DNA from: Methanothrix sp. | GTDB taxonomy: Archaea; Halobacteriota; Methanosarcinia; Methanotrichales; Methanotrichaceae | DNA length: 64,000 nucleotides | Reading direction: 5' to 3' | Assembly (NCBI GenBank): GCA_963682135.1 | Contig: OY821645.1 | Location: 1,920,001-1,984,000, forward strand | Shown: positions 9,895 to 19,540 of the stretch, piece by piece | Numbering within the stretch: position 1 is the first letter of the stretch | How the letters are laid out: every line of letters starts with the position of its first letter | Notes under the pieces: model-generated | What the model was told of the DNA's origin: nothing | Database searches by the model: none | What the model saw: the letters and a program-made list of their open reading frames with translations, nothing else | Program-made: the position numbers and the translations under genes

Positions 9895-10279
9895 ATGGAC
9901 CTGATAAGGGACAGAGATGAACCTTATCGCTGAGGTGGCCCCATAGAGAAGCTTCTTTTAACGATGGTAGCAGCTTACGTTGAGTTTGAGCGGTCTCTGA
10001 TTACATCCTCCCGCCTTTCCAGTGGAAGCAAGACTAAGGCACGCCATGGAGGTTATGCAGGTTAGCAAGGCACCCATAGGTTACAAGACAGAGAGCCACA
10101 AGGCTCTTACGTTGGATAAAGCGAAAGCAGGCACTGCGGAAGGCAACACCGTAAAGAATGCAAGCAGTTTCACCCTATGCAAGTTAAGAGGATCTTGGAT
10201 AGGTGAACTGTCTAAAAGCGGCTGCAATTTATACTGTGATCGAAGCTACAGGAAATTACCCGTACATATTATAAGTTAA
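9895..10279 (+). pseudogene. Serine recombinase (resolvase/large serine recombinase) remnant
   Basis: Across frameshifts/stops: EKLLLTMVAAYVEFERSLITSSRLSSGSKTKARHGGYAG*/KAPIGYK.../QFHPMQVKRILDR, matching helix E and recombinase-domain motifs. Confidence 0.7.
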
Positions 10280-10282
10280 CGA

Positions 10283-11038
10283 CTAAACTGCGCAAGTTTT
10301 AGCGGCAAAACGTGGCTCCATTATATACTGGACAAGAATCCTGACATATTCATTAGTAGCAAACCGAGTTGGGACAAAGTCTCCTGCCACAAGCTCTGAC
10401 GAAGTATCTGGATGCAGAAGCCCCTTACCTTGTAAACTAATACATATTTGTTGAGCATGCGCAAGATCGATATTCAAAGCCCTGGCGATTTCGGATATAT
10501 CTACAAATGGAGGACTATCTAGTGAATACTTGTCATAAACGATTTTAAGCACAGTTATCTCCTCAAGCCTCATAGATGCTATTAAGTCCATTATATATTC
10601 TTCTTCTTCAAGGTTATGGATTGGTCTTATCACACTATTAGTCCAAATATTGCAGAAAATTTCGATTTTCTTTTTCTGAAGTGTTCTCATTGAATGCTCA
10701 AGATACATGAATAATTGTATCTTTATGTATTCCTCAGAACATTGATCCAGAAAACATTTGATCATTGAATTATGGTCTCGTAATACAATTATAATCCTGG
10801 CCAGAGCATCCTCAATATTATCACGTTCACGTCTTGAATTGAAAGCATTTAAGCCAGTTAAAATAGACGCTGATAGGGGTTCTATTAATGATAATATCGG
10901 CAGAAATTCATCGGGTACAATTTGTCCAAGTTTGCAGAGACTATTCTCAATCATAGACCCTGAATTGTTCTCTCTTAATAATTTTTTTATATCATTGATA
11001 TCCTCCGGCGACGCAGTAAATAAGATATCATTACCCAT
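10283..11038 (-). CDS. AT-rich hypothetical protein with C-terminal winged helix (DUF4393/Abi-alpha-like)
   Basis: 251-aa ORF in low-GC segment; KKIEIFCNIWTNSV...YIMDLIASMRLEEITVLK...LQGKGLL pattern. Confidence 0.55.
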   Translation of the reverse strand: MGNDILFTASPEDINDIKKLLRENNSGSMIENSLCKLGQIVPDEFLPILSLIEPLSASILTGLNAFNSRRERDNIEDALARIIIVLRDHNSMIKCFLDQCSEEYIKIQLFMYLEHSMRTLQKKKIEIFCNIWTNSVIRPIHNLEEEEYIMDLIASMRLEEITVLKIVYDKYSLDSPPFVDISEIARALNIDLAHAQQICISLQGKGLLHPDTSSELVAGDFVPTRFATNEYVRILVQYIMEPRFAAKTCAV

Positions 11039-11084
11039 GAAATGGAAATACTATGCTTAATATAAATAATTTTGCATTCACAGA

Positions 11085-11376
11085 ATGTCTGAAGGAAACA
11101 GGCATGAGAAAAGTGGCTAGGATAGATACCTGACCATCTTTTGAGAAGGGGTTTATAGAGATAGTGGACGGTTTCGCCCAGGAGTTCGGGCTGCAGAGGA
11201 GCGAGCTGCCGGGAAAGGCGGGGCTGGCGAAAGGCTGCTACGAGAAAGCAAAGAGCATCTCGCCTGCGAGGTGCGCTCGCCCAGGCACGCGGATCAGCAG
11301 CTTCAATTCCAAAGGGTGGCTGGAGCCGATACGGGCCATTTGCCGCGTGATGCGAACGAAGTCCCTGCGAGAATGA
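11085..11376 (+). pseudogene. 3' fragment of DUF1638-like gene (paralog of 25148-26080)
   Basis: GMRKVARIDT*...FAQEFGLQRSELPG...RAICRVMRTKSLRE aligns to C-terminal third of 25148-26080; internal stop. Confidence 0.8.
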
Positions 11377-11421
11377 AGCGAGGCAAGGATTAAATCCTTT
11401 TAAGGATCTATTAAATGCTAC

Positions 11422-11676
11422 ATGTTCTCCGAATACATCCAGGCAGCTTTAATGCAGGCAGAGTACGACACCCTGGAAGATGGTTCCTATGTGGCCACAG
11501 TTCCGGGACTTCAGGGTGTGATTGCCGTGGGAGAGACTCTTGAAGAATGTCGCATGGACCTTATTGAAGTCATTGAGGAATGGATCGTAGCTCGCCTGCA
11601 ATGGGGCTATTCCGTCCCGCCCATTGGTGGCCAAATAATAGCGTCCTCAAAGGAGCCTATTGCCGTTGTCGACTAA
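11422..11676 (+). CDS. hicB: HicB family antitoxin
   Basis: LEDGSYVATVPGLQGVIAVGETLEEC, HicB RNase H-like fold. Confidence 0.85.
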   Translation: MFSEYIQAALMQAEYDTLEDGSYVATVPGLQGVIAVGETLEECRMDLIEVIEEWIVARLQWGYSVPPIGGQIIASSKEPIAVVD

Positions 11677-11896
11677 GCTCATACCTATCACTCGGCGCGA
11701 ACTTATCAAGAAATTAACGATATTCGGATTTACAGGGCCGTATCCGGGAACGAAACATCAACATATGGTAAAGGATGGCGTCTTTGTGATGATCCCCAAT
11801 CCTCATCATAGTGAAAAGATTAGCGTTAAGCTGCAATTGATCATTCTGAAAGAAACGGGGATCAGCAGAGAGGAATGGCTTTCCGCTGTCCGATAG
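11660..11896 (+). CDS. hicA: HicA family mRNA interferase toxin
   Basis: RELIKKL..FGF..GTKHQHM...IPNPH...ILKETGISREEW; overlaps hicB. Confidence 0.85.
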   Translation: MPLSTKLIPITRRELIKKLTIFGFTGPYPGTKHQHMVKDGVFVMIPNPHHSEKISVKLQLIILKETGISREEWLSAVR

Positions 11897-12045
11897 CCGT
11901 CTTGGTTTCTGTCCAAACACCATCAATATCCTGCACGTGCACGGTCCAGCATCCTTGCGCTACCGCTTTGCTTTGCAGGCTTTCCGATAACATTCACCCA
12001 GCGCCGCCACGCGGGCGGACCCACACGACCCTGGCCCGACCGGGT

Positions 12046-12070
12046 GCTCACGGACGGGCAGGCGCGCCCG
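12046..12070. repeat. 25-bp GC-rich hairpin repeat (second copy 18404-18428)
   Basis: GCTCACGGACGGGCA(G/A)GCGCGCCCG, 24/25 identical; internal CGGGC..GCCCG stem. Confidence 0.7.
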
Positions 12071-12076
12071 TACCGT

Positions 12077-12360
12077 GACCTGCGGGCGATGCTGAAAGCA
12101 AGCGGCATGAAAAGGGTTTGCCCGAATATACACCGGAGTGTTCTTTGAGCCGGATTTCGAGGGGAAGGTGGCCGACTTCGCCCGAGATTTCGCTCTGCAG
12201 AGGATCGAGCTGCCGGGAAAACAGATCTTGGGAAAAGCAGCTACGAGAGAGCAAAGAGCTGCGTGCTGGCGACAGCCCGGACCGGGAGCGCCCGCCAAGG
12301 GACGCGAATCAGCAGCTTTAAAGCTCGAGGTATCCGTGGCCTTCCACGCTCCGATGTAAT
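12077..12360 (+). pseudogene. Second 3' fragment of DUF1638-like gene
   Basis: DLRAMLKASGMK.../FFEPDFEGKVADFARDFALQRIELPG aligns to 25769 onward; frameshifted. Confidence 0.8.
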
Positions 12361-12408
12361 AAGAATAAGGGATAGGCAGCCTTGGGAGACTGCCCGAACC
12401 CCAAGGTT

Positions 12409-15057
12409 TCAGTCGTTAGCGACCGTCATTACTACCTTTTCCAGGTCTCCGTTGTACTTGAACGGACTCTGGTAGTCATCGGTCACAGGTGTCTGTGGAT
12501 CTTTTCCAACCTCCAATCCTTCATCGAAGGAGTAGCGGCCTGGTACGGTGTAGGGCATAACCACGCGCCCTTCCTCTTTGTCGTTGATGAAGAGAGTGCC
12601 TTCACCCTTCCACCTTCCTGTCTTCTTGAAGGCAAAGCCCAATGTGGCCTTTCCTTCAGGAACCTCATCCTTCGAAGTAATGGTGTAATGCTTCAGATCG
12701 AAGAGGTTGTAGTCGAAGATCAGGTGCTTATCCTTGACGTAGAGCGACAACCCTGCGAACCTGCCTCCTATGGAGAAGAGAACGCCTTCGTTACCGTTCT
12801 TGGAGGTGTTCACATATGCGTTCAAGGTGTAGGAGCTGTTGCGCGTGTCTGGGATAGCCGGCTCCATGATCTTTTCCACTCCGGGCAAATAGGTGAAGGT
12901 CGATATTTCTCTCGCCTGGAGAGCTGCGTACCTGGAATAGGCACGGTCATCCAAGGGCAATACGTTGTACTTGCTGGCCTCGGCCCACCAGCGATCTTGC
13001 ATCTCTTTCAACTTGGCAGGATACTGGGCTGCCAGGTTGTGAGCCTCAGAGACATCATTGGTGAGGTTGTAAAGCTCCCATGTGTCGTTTTCGAAGTCTG
13101 GGCCAGAGTCCAGATGGTGGAACGCCACAGCCTTCCAGCCATTGTACCATATGGCGCGGGTCCCCATCATCTCGAAGTACTGGACCTTCTTTTGGGTAGG
13201 TTCTGTGGGATTTGCAAATGTATAGGCCAGGCTGGTTCCTTCGATAGGCTTCTGGGTGACTCCGCTGTAAACCTCAGGAGCATCGAAGTTCAAGACCTCC
13301 AGAACGGTTGGAACTATATCGATAACGTGACAGAACTGCGACCGGATACTGCCTGAGTCCTTTATGCCGTCCGGCCAGTAGATGATCATTGGGTCGTGTG
13401 TTCCGCCTTCATGGCTGGTCCATTTGTAGAGCTTGTTGGGGGTGTTGTCGGCCATAGCCCATCCCAAAGGATATGTGGGGTAGGACATGGGTCCGCCGAT
13501 CTCATCGATCCTGGCGAGCATTGTGCTCATGTTGTTTATAGCTGGAATGGGCAGGAATTTATCCTGGAATCCGGACGAATCCCCGCCTTCGGACACAAAG
13601 TTTGCCCACATGACCATGTTGGTGTAACCATTAGCGTCGCCCTCTGGAGATGCGCCATTATCCGATATCACCACGATCATGGTGTTATTGAGCTGGCCGC
13701 TGTCTTCCAGGTAATCCAGGAACCTTCCAATCTGCTCATCAGTGTAATCGATGTACGCAGCGTGAACCTCTGCAAACCTTGCATAAACCTTCTTCTCGTC
13801 TGCGGTTAGGTTGTCCCACGCTTTTACCCACTGGTCACGTGGCGGCAGATCAGTGTCCTCAGGTACGACTCCCAATTCCTTCTCTTTAGCCAGAGTCTGG
13901 TTCCTCATAGCGTCCCAGCCCATATCGAATTTGCCTTTGTATTTATCGATGTAGGCCTGGGGGACATGGTGGGGCCAATGTCCAGCGCCAAAAGCCAGGT
14001 ACAGGAAGAAGGGCTTATCCGGCTGCAGAGATTTGCCGTCGCTTATGTACTGTATAGACTGGTTCACCAGATCCTTGGATAGGTGGTAACCCTGCTCAGG
14101 AGTGGCTGGCGGGCTTATGCGGGTAGTGCCGGAAACCAGGTCAGGATACCACTGGCTGGTGTGGGACTCCAGGAATCCATAGAACCTCTCGAATCCTCTG
14201 CCCATGGGCCACTGGTCATAAGGCCCAGCAGCGTTGATAGTGCCGGAAGGTGCCAGGTGCCATTTGCCTACACAATAGGTATCGTACCCTTGCTTTACCA
14301 GCATCTCAGGCATGGTGGCTGCCTCTTTAGAGAGGTAAGTCGTATATCCTGGGTAGCCTGATGCGAATTCCATGAGGGAACCGACACCTACAGAATGAAG
14401 GTTCCTGCCAGTGAGCATACAGGCGCGGGTCGGAGAACAGATACCGGTAGTGTGGAAGTTGGTGTACTTAAGTCCTCCTTGAGCCAATCGATCTATATTT
14501 GGAGTACTGACCGGGCCGCCGAAACATTCCAGGCTGCCATATCCAATATCATCGAGCACCAAGAAAACCACGTTGGGCGATCCCTTTGGAGCCACTGCGG
14601 TTTCAAAAGGACATGGAGTTGAGTCTGCATAAGTCAGGCCAATCTGAGGTACGCATTTCTTGGTGGCCTCGGTTCCGCTCTGAGATGATGTAGGAGCGGA
14701 TTCGTTATTTGCAGAATGGATTACCAGAACGGTCTCTTTTTTGGGCGATACTATATCTTCGTTGGCCAGATCTGCCAGAGTCGAACTCTCAGATAAGGCC
14801 TTTCTTCTGTTCGTAACCATTTCCAGGCCAGAATTTTCTATCAATCCGGTGCCGGAACTGCCCTTGGCATCGGCGGCCAATGTCTGGCTGACTTGTTGGC
14901 TGTCTGAAGTCGCAAGAGCATCTGATGCTTTCGCAGAATTACTGTTCTCTGCGGAAAAGCTATCAGAGGCTATTATCGAAAATAAAAAAATCAGAGAAGC
15001 CATTATTATAGTGGCTTGTTTTAAAATTTGCATCCCTCCTTTTATAGTACATATCAA
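12409..15057 (-). CDS. Secreted arylsulfatase (Cys-type); likely start MQILKQ at 15033
   Basis: PNVVFLVLDDIGY, CSPTR formylglycine motif, GKWHL, HWPHH, SDNG, C-terminal LamG-like domain; signal peptide. Confidence 0.92.
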   Translation of the reverse strand: MICTIKGGMQILKQATIIMASLIFLFSIIASDSFSAENSNSAKASDALATSDSQQVSQTLAADAKGSSGTGLIENSGLEMVTNRRKALSESSTLADLANEDIVSPKKETVLVIHSANNESAPTSSQSGTEATKKCVPQIGLTYADSTPCPFETAVAPKGSPNVVFLVLDDIGYGSLECFGGPVSTPNIDRLAQGGLKYTNFHTTGICSPTRACMLTGRNLHSVGVGSLMEFASGYPGYTTYLSKEAATMPEMLVKQGYDTYCVGKWHLAPSGTINAAGPYDQWPMGRGFERFYGFLESHTSQWYPDLVSGTTRISPPATPEQGYHLSKDLVNQSIQYISDGKSLQPDKPFFLYLAFGAGHWPHHVPQAYIDKYKGKFDMGWDAMRNQTLAKEKELGVVPEDTDLPPRDQWVKAWDNLTADEKKVYARFAEVHAAYIDYTDEQIGRFLDYLEDSGQLNNTMIVVISDNGASPEGDANGYTNMVMWANFVSEGGDSSGFQDKFLPIPAINNMSTMLARIDEIGGPMSYPTYPLGWAMADNTPNKLYKWTSHEGGTHDPMIIYWPDGIKDSGSIRSQFCHVIDIVPTVLEVLNFDAPEVYSGVTQKPIEGTSLAYTFANPTEPTQKKVQYFEMMGTRAIWYNGWKAVAFHHLDSGPDFENDTWELYNLTNDVSEAHNLAAQYPAKLKEMQDRWWAEASKYNVLPLDDRAYSRYAALQAREISTFTYLPGVEKIMEPAIPDTRNSSYTLNAYVNTSKNGNEGVLFSIGGRFAGLSLYVKDKHLIFDYNLFDLKHYTITSKDEVPEGKATLGFAFKKTGRWKGEGTLFINDKEEGRVVMPYTVPGRYSFDEGLEVGKDPQTPVTDDYQSPFKYNGDLEKVVMTVAND

Positions 15058-15262
15058 ATATCATATATCAATTTAATCTACATTCCAAGCTTTATCTTGC
15101 AGCTTGGGCTTGAAAAAAGCTCTATTCTCGGAAACTAAAAAATAATAGAATCTCGAACGATTGTGAAAGGTGTATGGAAAGGCTGGCTTTGATCAATTGC
15201 TATATTCTGATCGCGCGAAGGCATGATGACCCGAAGGCTTTTGATCGAATAAACCAACAACA

Positions 15263-16195
15263 TTGGATATGAAGAATTGGGATATGCTATTGGCTGCAAT
15301 TTTGCTGTTGAGTGCAATTGTTTTCGGCACTCAATCGGTTTTGGCAGAAGAATCCGGTATGGCAAGTGCATCAATAAGTGACTCACTTAACGAGACAGAA
15401 CTCGTCTCCTTTGTCGAGTCCGCTGTGGGCTATGCGCATGGACATAGCAAAGACATGGCACTAAAGGAATTTAGCAATAAGACTGGCTCGTTTATCAATG
15501 GTGAGCTTTACATATTTGCATACGATTTCAATGGAACTTGCATTGAACATCCTTTTAAGACCGATTGGATAGGCGAGAACAAGCTGAACGAATCGGACTC
15601 CAACGGCGTTTTGTACGTAAGGGAGGGGATCAATGCCGCAAAAGAAGGAACTGGATTTCACTACCTGATCTTCCCCAATCCTGCTCACGATAATCGGAGT
15701 GAACTTAAAATCGCTTATGTGATGAAAGTAGATGATAGCTGGTTCTTAGGCTCCGGGATATACCTCTCCAACATATCTGCTTCTTTCGATAATGAGGCGA
15801 GAGATGAGCTTGTAGCCTATGTGAATGAAGCATTGCAGTTTGCGAAAAAGAATAGCAAGGAAAAGTCTCTGTCGGTTTTCAACGATTTAAACGGGACTTT
15901 TACAATAGATGGACGTTATATATTTGCCCGTGACCATAATGGACGGAGTTTAGCCCTTCCTTACCAGCCTGAGATTGTCGGTACAATCGGAATCGATAAT
16001 CAAGATCCAAATGGAGTCTATTTAATCCGCCGGCTCATCGATGTTGCCAAAAGAGGGAATGGTTTCACATATTACATCTATCCCGATCCAACCAGAAACA
16101 TGAATGAGACGCTAAAACTTAGTTATGTGGTGGACGTAGAAGGCACCTGGTTCCTGGGTTCTGGGATCTACGCTAATGATGAGCAAGCAAGCTGA
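15263..16195 (+). CDS. Secreted tandem Cache-domain protein
   Basis: Two repeats of LVxFVxxA...YIFAxDxNG...HP/LP...DxNG...WFLGSGIY; signal peptide. Confidence 0.88.
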   Translation: MDMKNWDMLLAAILLLSAIVFGTQSVLAEESGMASASISDSLNETELVSFVESAVGYAHGHSKDMALKEFSNKTGSFINGELYIFAYDFNGTCIEHPFKTDWIGENKLNESDSNGVLYVREGINAAKEGTGFHYLIFPNPAHDNRSELKIAYVMKVDDSWFLGSGIYLSNISASFDNEARDELVAYVNEALQFAKKNSKEKSLSVFNDLNGTFTIDGRYIFARDHNGRSLALPYQPEIVGTIGIDNQDPNGVYLIRRLIDVAKRGNGFTYYIYPDPTRNMNETLKLSYVVDVEGTWFLGSGIYANDEQAS

Positions 16196-16248
16196 TTGAG
16201 TTTGGGGTGAATATTAGGATTATTCCGGCAAGTATGGAGTGATGATCC

Positions 16249-16494
16249 ATGAATACTGAGAAAAATCCTGTAAATGTGGTATTCAGCATTGCGTCGGCTG
16301 CGGTGATTGCAGCAATTCTATTTCTCTGCTCAATTCCTGCTTTCGGCCAGGCGGTACCTAATGGCAGTCAGTCTGCTGCACAATCCGGGGCAGATATGCT
16401 CTTTAAGCTACTCCGGTTTCAGTCTGATGTGCAGGGTAACCTGAATAATCTGGATTTGGATGTATCAAATGCATCTCAAAACTCTTATGTTTAG
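16249..16494 (+). pseudogene. 5' part of a secreted (Cache-like) protein gene disrupted by IS3
   Basis: Signal peptide plus helical start, ends 8 bp before the IS; degraded C-terminal part resumes after the IS. Confidence 0.6.
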
Positions 16495-16532
16495 CAAACA
16501 GTTGGACTGCACCCCTGATAGTAGACAGTTAG

Positions 16533-17408
16533 TTAAGCAACAGTATTTAAAGCAAACTCCATTTCGAACCGTTCTGGAGATTTATAGTTCAAAGCTGAAT
16601 GAAGCCTCTTTTGGTTGTACACCTTCTCAATAAAACGCCATATGTTTTTGTAGGCATCTCCAAATGTCTCGTATTCGTTTAGGTATACCTCCTCGACCTT
16701 TAGGGTTTTGATAAAGCTCTCAGCAAACGCATTGTCGTATGGATTTCCTTTTCTGGACATGCTAATCAGGATTTTGTGCTCTTTGAGACAATCTACATAA
16801 TCATGGGATGCGTACTGAACTCCCTGATCCGAATGATGAACAAGTCCTTGAGTATACTCCGACCAGCGATTTTTTATTGCCTTGTCCTGAGCATTCATGG
16901 CCAGTTTGCTGTCTATGTTTCTGCTCAACTCCCAGCCAATGCACTTCCTGCTGTAGAGATCCAAGACCACCGCGAGATAGATGTTCTCATGCAGCAACTG
17001 AATGTATGTGATATCTGAAGCCCAAACCTGATTCAGTCCAGTTATCTTGATGCTCTTCAAAAGATTTGGATATACAGGCAGTCCATGACTGGAATCGGTT
17101 GTCATCGGCTTGAATTTCTTCTTCAGGCATAGAAGGTTGTCCTGTCGCATCAGTCTCAACACGCGTTTATGGTTAACTGCATAACCACGATTCTGGAGTT
17201 CAGCCGTAATCCTCCTATAACCATAGCTCGGAAATTCCAGGGCAATTTCCTGAAACTGGTTCTTCAAATCCATATCCTCAGAGTCGGCTGCGGCTATTTC
17301 CGGCTGAGTCCGCCATTTGTAGTAACCACTGCGACTTACTTCTAGTGCCTGGCAGGATTGAGATATTGATAACAAAAAGCCGTCTGAGCGGTTTTCCTGG
17401 ATGGTCAT
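16533..17408 (-). CDS. IS3 transposase OrfB (DDE)
   Basis: YGYRRIT, WASDITYI, DLYSRK, HHSDQGVQY, GNPYDNAFAESF, YNQKRLHSAL. Confidence 0.95.
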   Translation of the reverse strand: MTIQENRSDGFLLSISQSCQALEVSRSGYYKWRTQPEIAAADSEDMDLKNQFQEIALEFPSYGYRRITAELQNRGYAVNHKRVLRLMRQDNLLCLKKKFKPMTTDSSHGLPVYPNLLKSIKITGLNQVWASDITYIQLLHENIYLAVVLDLYSRKCIGWELSRNIDSKLAMNAQDKAIKNRWSEYTQGLVHHSDQGVQYASHDYVDCLKEHKILISMSRKGNPYDNAFAESFIKTLKVEEVYLNEYETFGDAYKNIWRFIEKVYNQKRLHSALNYKSPERFEMEFALNTVA

Positions 17409-17734
17409 AAATCGTCCCTCCGCGTCGGTTTTATTCTTTCTTCCCGGACCTTTTTTTGAGTCATGGCGAAGGCTTTTTTTAAAAGATCGATTTCGGCATG
17501 GGCTTGGCCGAGCAGTCTCTCCAGTTCCGCGATCCTCGCCTCGTCTTTGTACCTATTTCCATTCCCGTTGAACGCTTTTTCAGGGTTCTCGGCCAGCTCA
17601 TCTCTCCACCTGGTGGGTAGGGCCGGATGAATGCTATACTCGCGGGCGATCTGTGCCAGAGGTTTACCGCCCTCAAGTTCGGCTACTACTGATATCTTGA
17701 ATTCTCGGTCGTAGCGCCGCCTCGTCTTTTTCAT
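17405..17734 (-). CDS. IS3 transposase OrfA (HTH)
   Basis: RRRYDREFKISVV...AQIAREYSI; ATGA overlap with orfB. Confidence 0.92.
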   Translation of the reverse strand: MKKTRRRYDREFKISVVAELEGGKPLAQIAREYSIHPALPTRWRDELAENPEKAFNGNGNRYKDEARIAELERLLGQAHAEIDLLKKAFAMTQKKVREERIKPTRRDDL

Positions 17735-17796
17735 GTGCTTCCCTCCATGAGTTGATGTTGCTTAACTCATTGTCTACTCTGAGGGGTTCACTCCAA

Positions 17797-18076
17797 GTTC
17801 CTACTGGTCCAAGGATCTTGATGGACTACTTCTCTATGGCGAGGATGAAAGCCAGATAGTAAAGGACCTATTCGAAGATCCTCTATACAAGCCGTTCACT
17901 GACCTTCAAAAACCGGTGGAGCACAGTATTGTGTCCAAGAGGTCTGGGCATGGGAATTATAGCTATTTCGAGGTCATAGGGGCAATAAAACAGTAGTGAC
18001 CAAGGAATGCTACTGGACAACGACAGGGCTTCATGGTAAGGAATGGAGGCTTGTTATCATCAAGGTGGTGCAATAA
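17797..18076 (+). pseudogene. Degraded 3' part of Cache/PDC-like secreted protein gene
   Basis: Fragments DLDGLLLYGEDESQI..DLFEDPLYKPF..SGHGNYSYF..KECYWTTTGLHGKEWRLVIIKVVQ* across frameshifts. Confidence 0.6.
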
Positions 18077-18587
18077 GCTCTTCTATTGATTTTTTATATT
18101 TCATGAGATGAGATTAGGGGAGCAACTGTTTATAAAAAGGGTGCTAACGCGGCGAGGATTTGGTGTTCTACTAAGAAAGATTTATACCTAAATAGCCATT
18201 ACTAACTTAAAAAATTGGAGAAATGCAAATGAAAAGCTCCCCAATAGTAGGAATAATAATGGTTTTGGCGATATTATTGCCGTTTTCTTTAGACATCGTT
18301 CACGGAGGGAACGCGAGGAGCGTATTGCCAAATGCAGTTATGCAAGAGTCGAGTTCCGGTGCGTTTTTTGTTTTTGCCTAGCAGGCTCGGGGAAACCAGC
18401 GGCGCTCACGGACGGGCAAGCGCGCCCGCGCAGGGGACGTTTACATGGGCCATCGTCTGAGAAAGCCGCCTCTGCAAAAAGCACCAATTATCCACAGGGC
18501 GACTGCCCCTTCTGAATGCCTTCCTGCCGGCCCGGGAACCAATTGCGTTGAGGAAAAGAGAGATATATTGAAGAAGCTTAATTGTAA

Positions 18588-19427
18588 TTGATGTCAAGAT
18601 TGACTGCCTTCATTTCGGGTATGGTCCAGAAGACCGGCTACAGAGCACGGGTGGTAATCCTGGCCAATGCCTTCGGACTGCAGGGATATGTGCAGAACCT
18701 TCCCGGCGGCAAAGTCAAGGTAGTCGCAGAAGGAGAGAAAACCGATCTGGAGCGTTTTCTCAATTGCTTAACCATAAAAGATGCACTAATCGATGTGCAG
18801 AGCATCGAGAATGAATTCACCGCGGCCTCAGGTGAGTTCATTGGATTCGAAAAGATGGTGTCGAGCGGCGAGACCGACCAGCGCCTGGACAAAGCGGCAG
18901 ATCTGCTCAAAGATCTCATTGTGGTCACCAAAGAGGTCGTAGTGGAACTGAGAGCCACCCACGAAGAGATCAAAGGTGTCAGGGACGAGGTAAAGGGTGC
19001 ACGAGAGGACATCAAAGGTGTCAGGGACGAGGTTAAAGGGGCACGAGAGGACATCAAAGGTGTCAGGGACGAGGTAAGAGGGGCACGAGAGGACATCAAA
19101 GGTGTCAGGGACGAGGTTAAAGGGGCACGAGAGGACATCAAAGGTGTCAGGGACGAGGTAAGAGGGGCACGAGAGGACATCAAAGGTGTCAGGGACGAGG
19201 TAAGAGGGGCACGAGAGGACATCAAAGGCGTGCATGAAGCTGTCCAAAATGTCTGCCAGGCAGTTAATAATATTGGTAATATTCTGTCTGAGAAGATAGA
19301 TGATGCAAGAGATGAAGTCATAGGTGAAGTCAAAGAGCTTCGCTCCGATTTGAGAGATGATCTCAAAGAGAGACTAATCCGGATGGACGCAGATATCTCA
19401 CAAATAAAGGCCAAGTGTGGTCTCTAA
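18588..19427 (+). CDS. Acylphosphatase domain fused to long heptad-repeat coiled coil
   Basis: SGMVQKTGYR...GYVQNLPGGKVKVVAEG acylphosphatase signature; (IKGVRDEV[K/R]GARED)n. Confidence 0.85.
   Translation: MMSRLTAFISGMVQKTGYRARVVILANAFGLQGYVQNLPGGKVKVVAEGEKTDLERFLNCLTIKDALIDVQSIENEFTAASGEFIGFEKMVSSGETDQRLDKAADLLKDLIVVTKEVVVELRATHEEIKGVRDEVKGAREDIKGVRDEVKGAREDIKGVRDEVRGAREDIKGVRDEVKGAREDIKGVRDEVRGAREDIKGVRDEVRGAREDIKGVHEAVQNVCQAVNNIGNILSEKIDDARDEVIGEVKELRSDLRDDLKERLIRMDADISQIKAKCGL
18969..19228 (+). repeat. 42-bp in-frame tandem repeat, 6 full units plus partial
   Basis: Near-identical units ATCAAAGGTGTCAGGGACGAGGT(A/T)A(A/G)AGGGGCACGAGAGGAC starting 18969, 19011, 19053, 19095, 19137, 19179. 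Confidence 0.95.
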
Positions 19428-19473
19428 ACACTTTTTTTATCTTCAAGACGATCCGGACCCATAGATCTGTCCG

Positions 19474-19540
19474 GATTGCATATCTTGATATCCCCATACC
19501 CATAAACCAGGATTCATCATGCCTGTACTGTCCATAAGAA
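19474..19540 (+). pseudogene. Orphan promoter and first codons of a DUF1638-like gene
   Basis: GATTGCATATCTTGATATCCCC...ATCATGCCTGTACTGTCCATA closely matches 25105-25165. Confidence 0.7.

Larger units (their letters stand above)
16503..17795 (-). mobile_element. IS3-family insertion sequence, intact, 1293 bp
   Basis: Imperfect IRs TGGACTGCACCCCTGATAGTAGACA (16503-16527) and TGTCTACTCTGAGGGGTTCACTCCA (17771-17795); TG...CA ends; 3-bp target duplication AGT; orfA and orfB. Confidence 0.93.

Noticed and set aside
12382-13356. 324-aa plus-strand ORF
   Set aside because: Antisense shadow of the arylsulfatase
18969-19228. 42-bp repeats as a CRISPR array
   Set aside because: No unique spacers; in-frame coding tandem repeat; no cas genes
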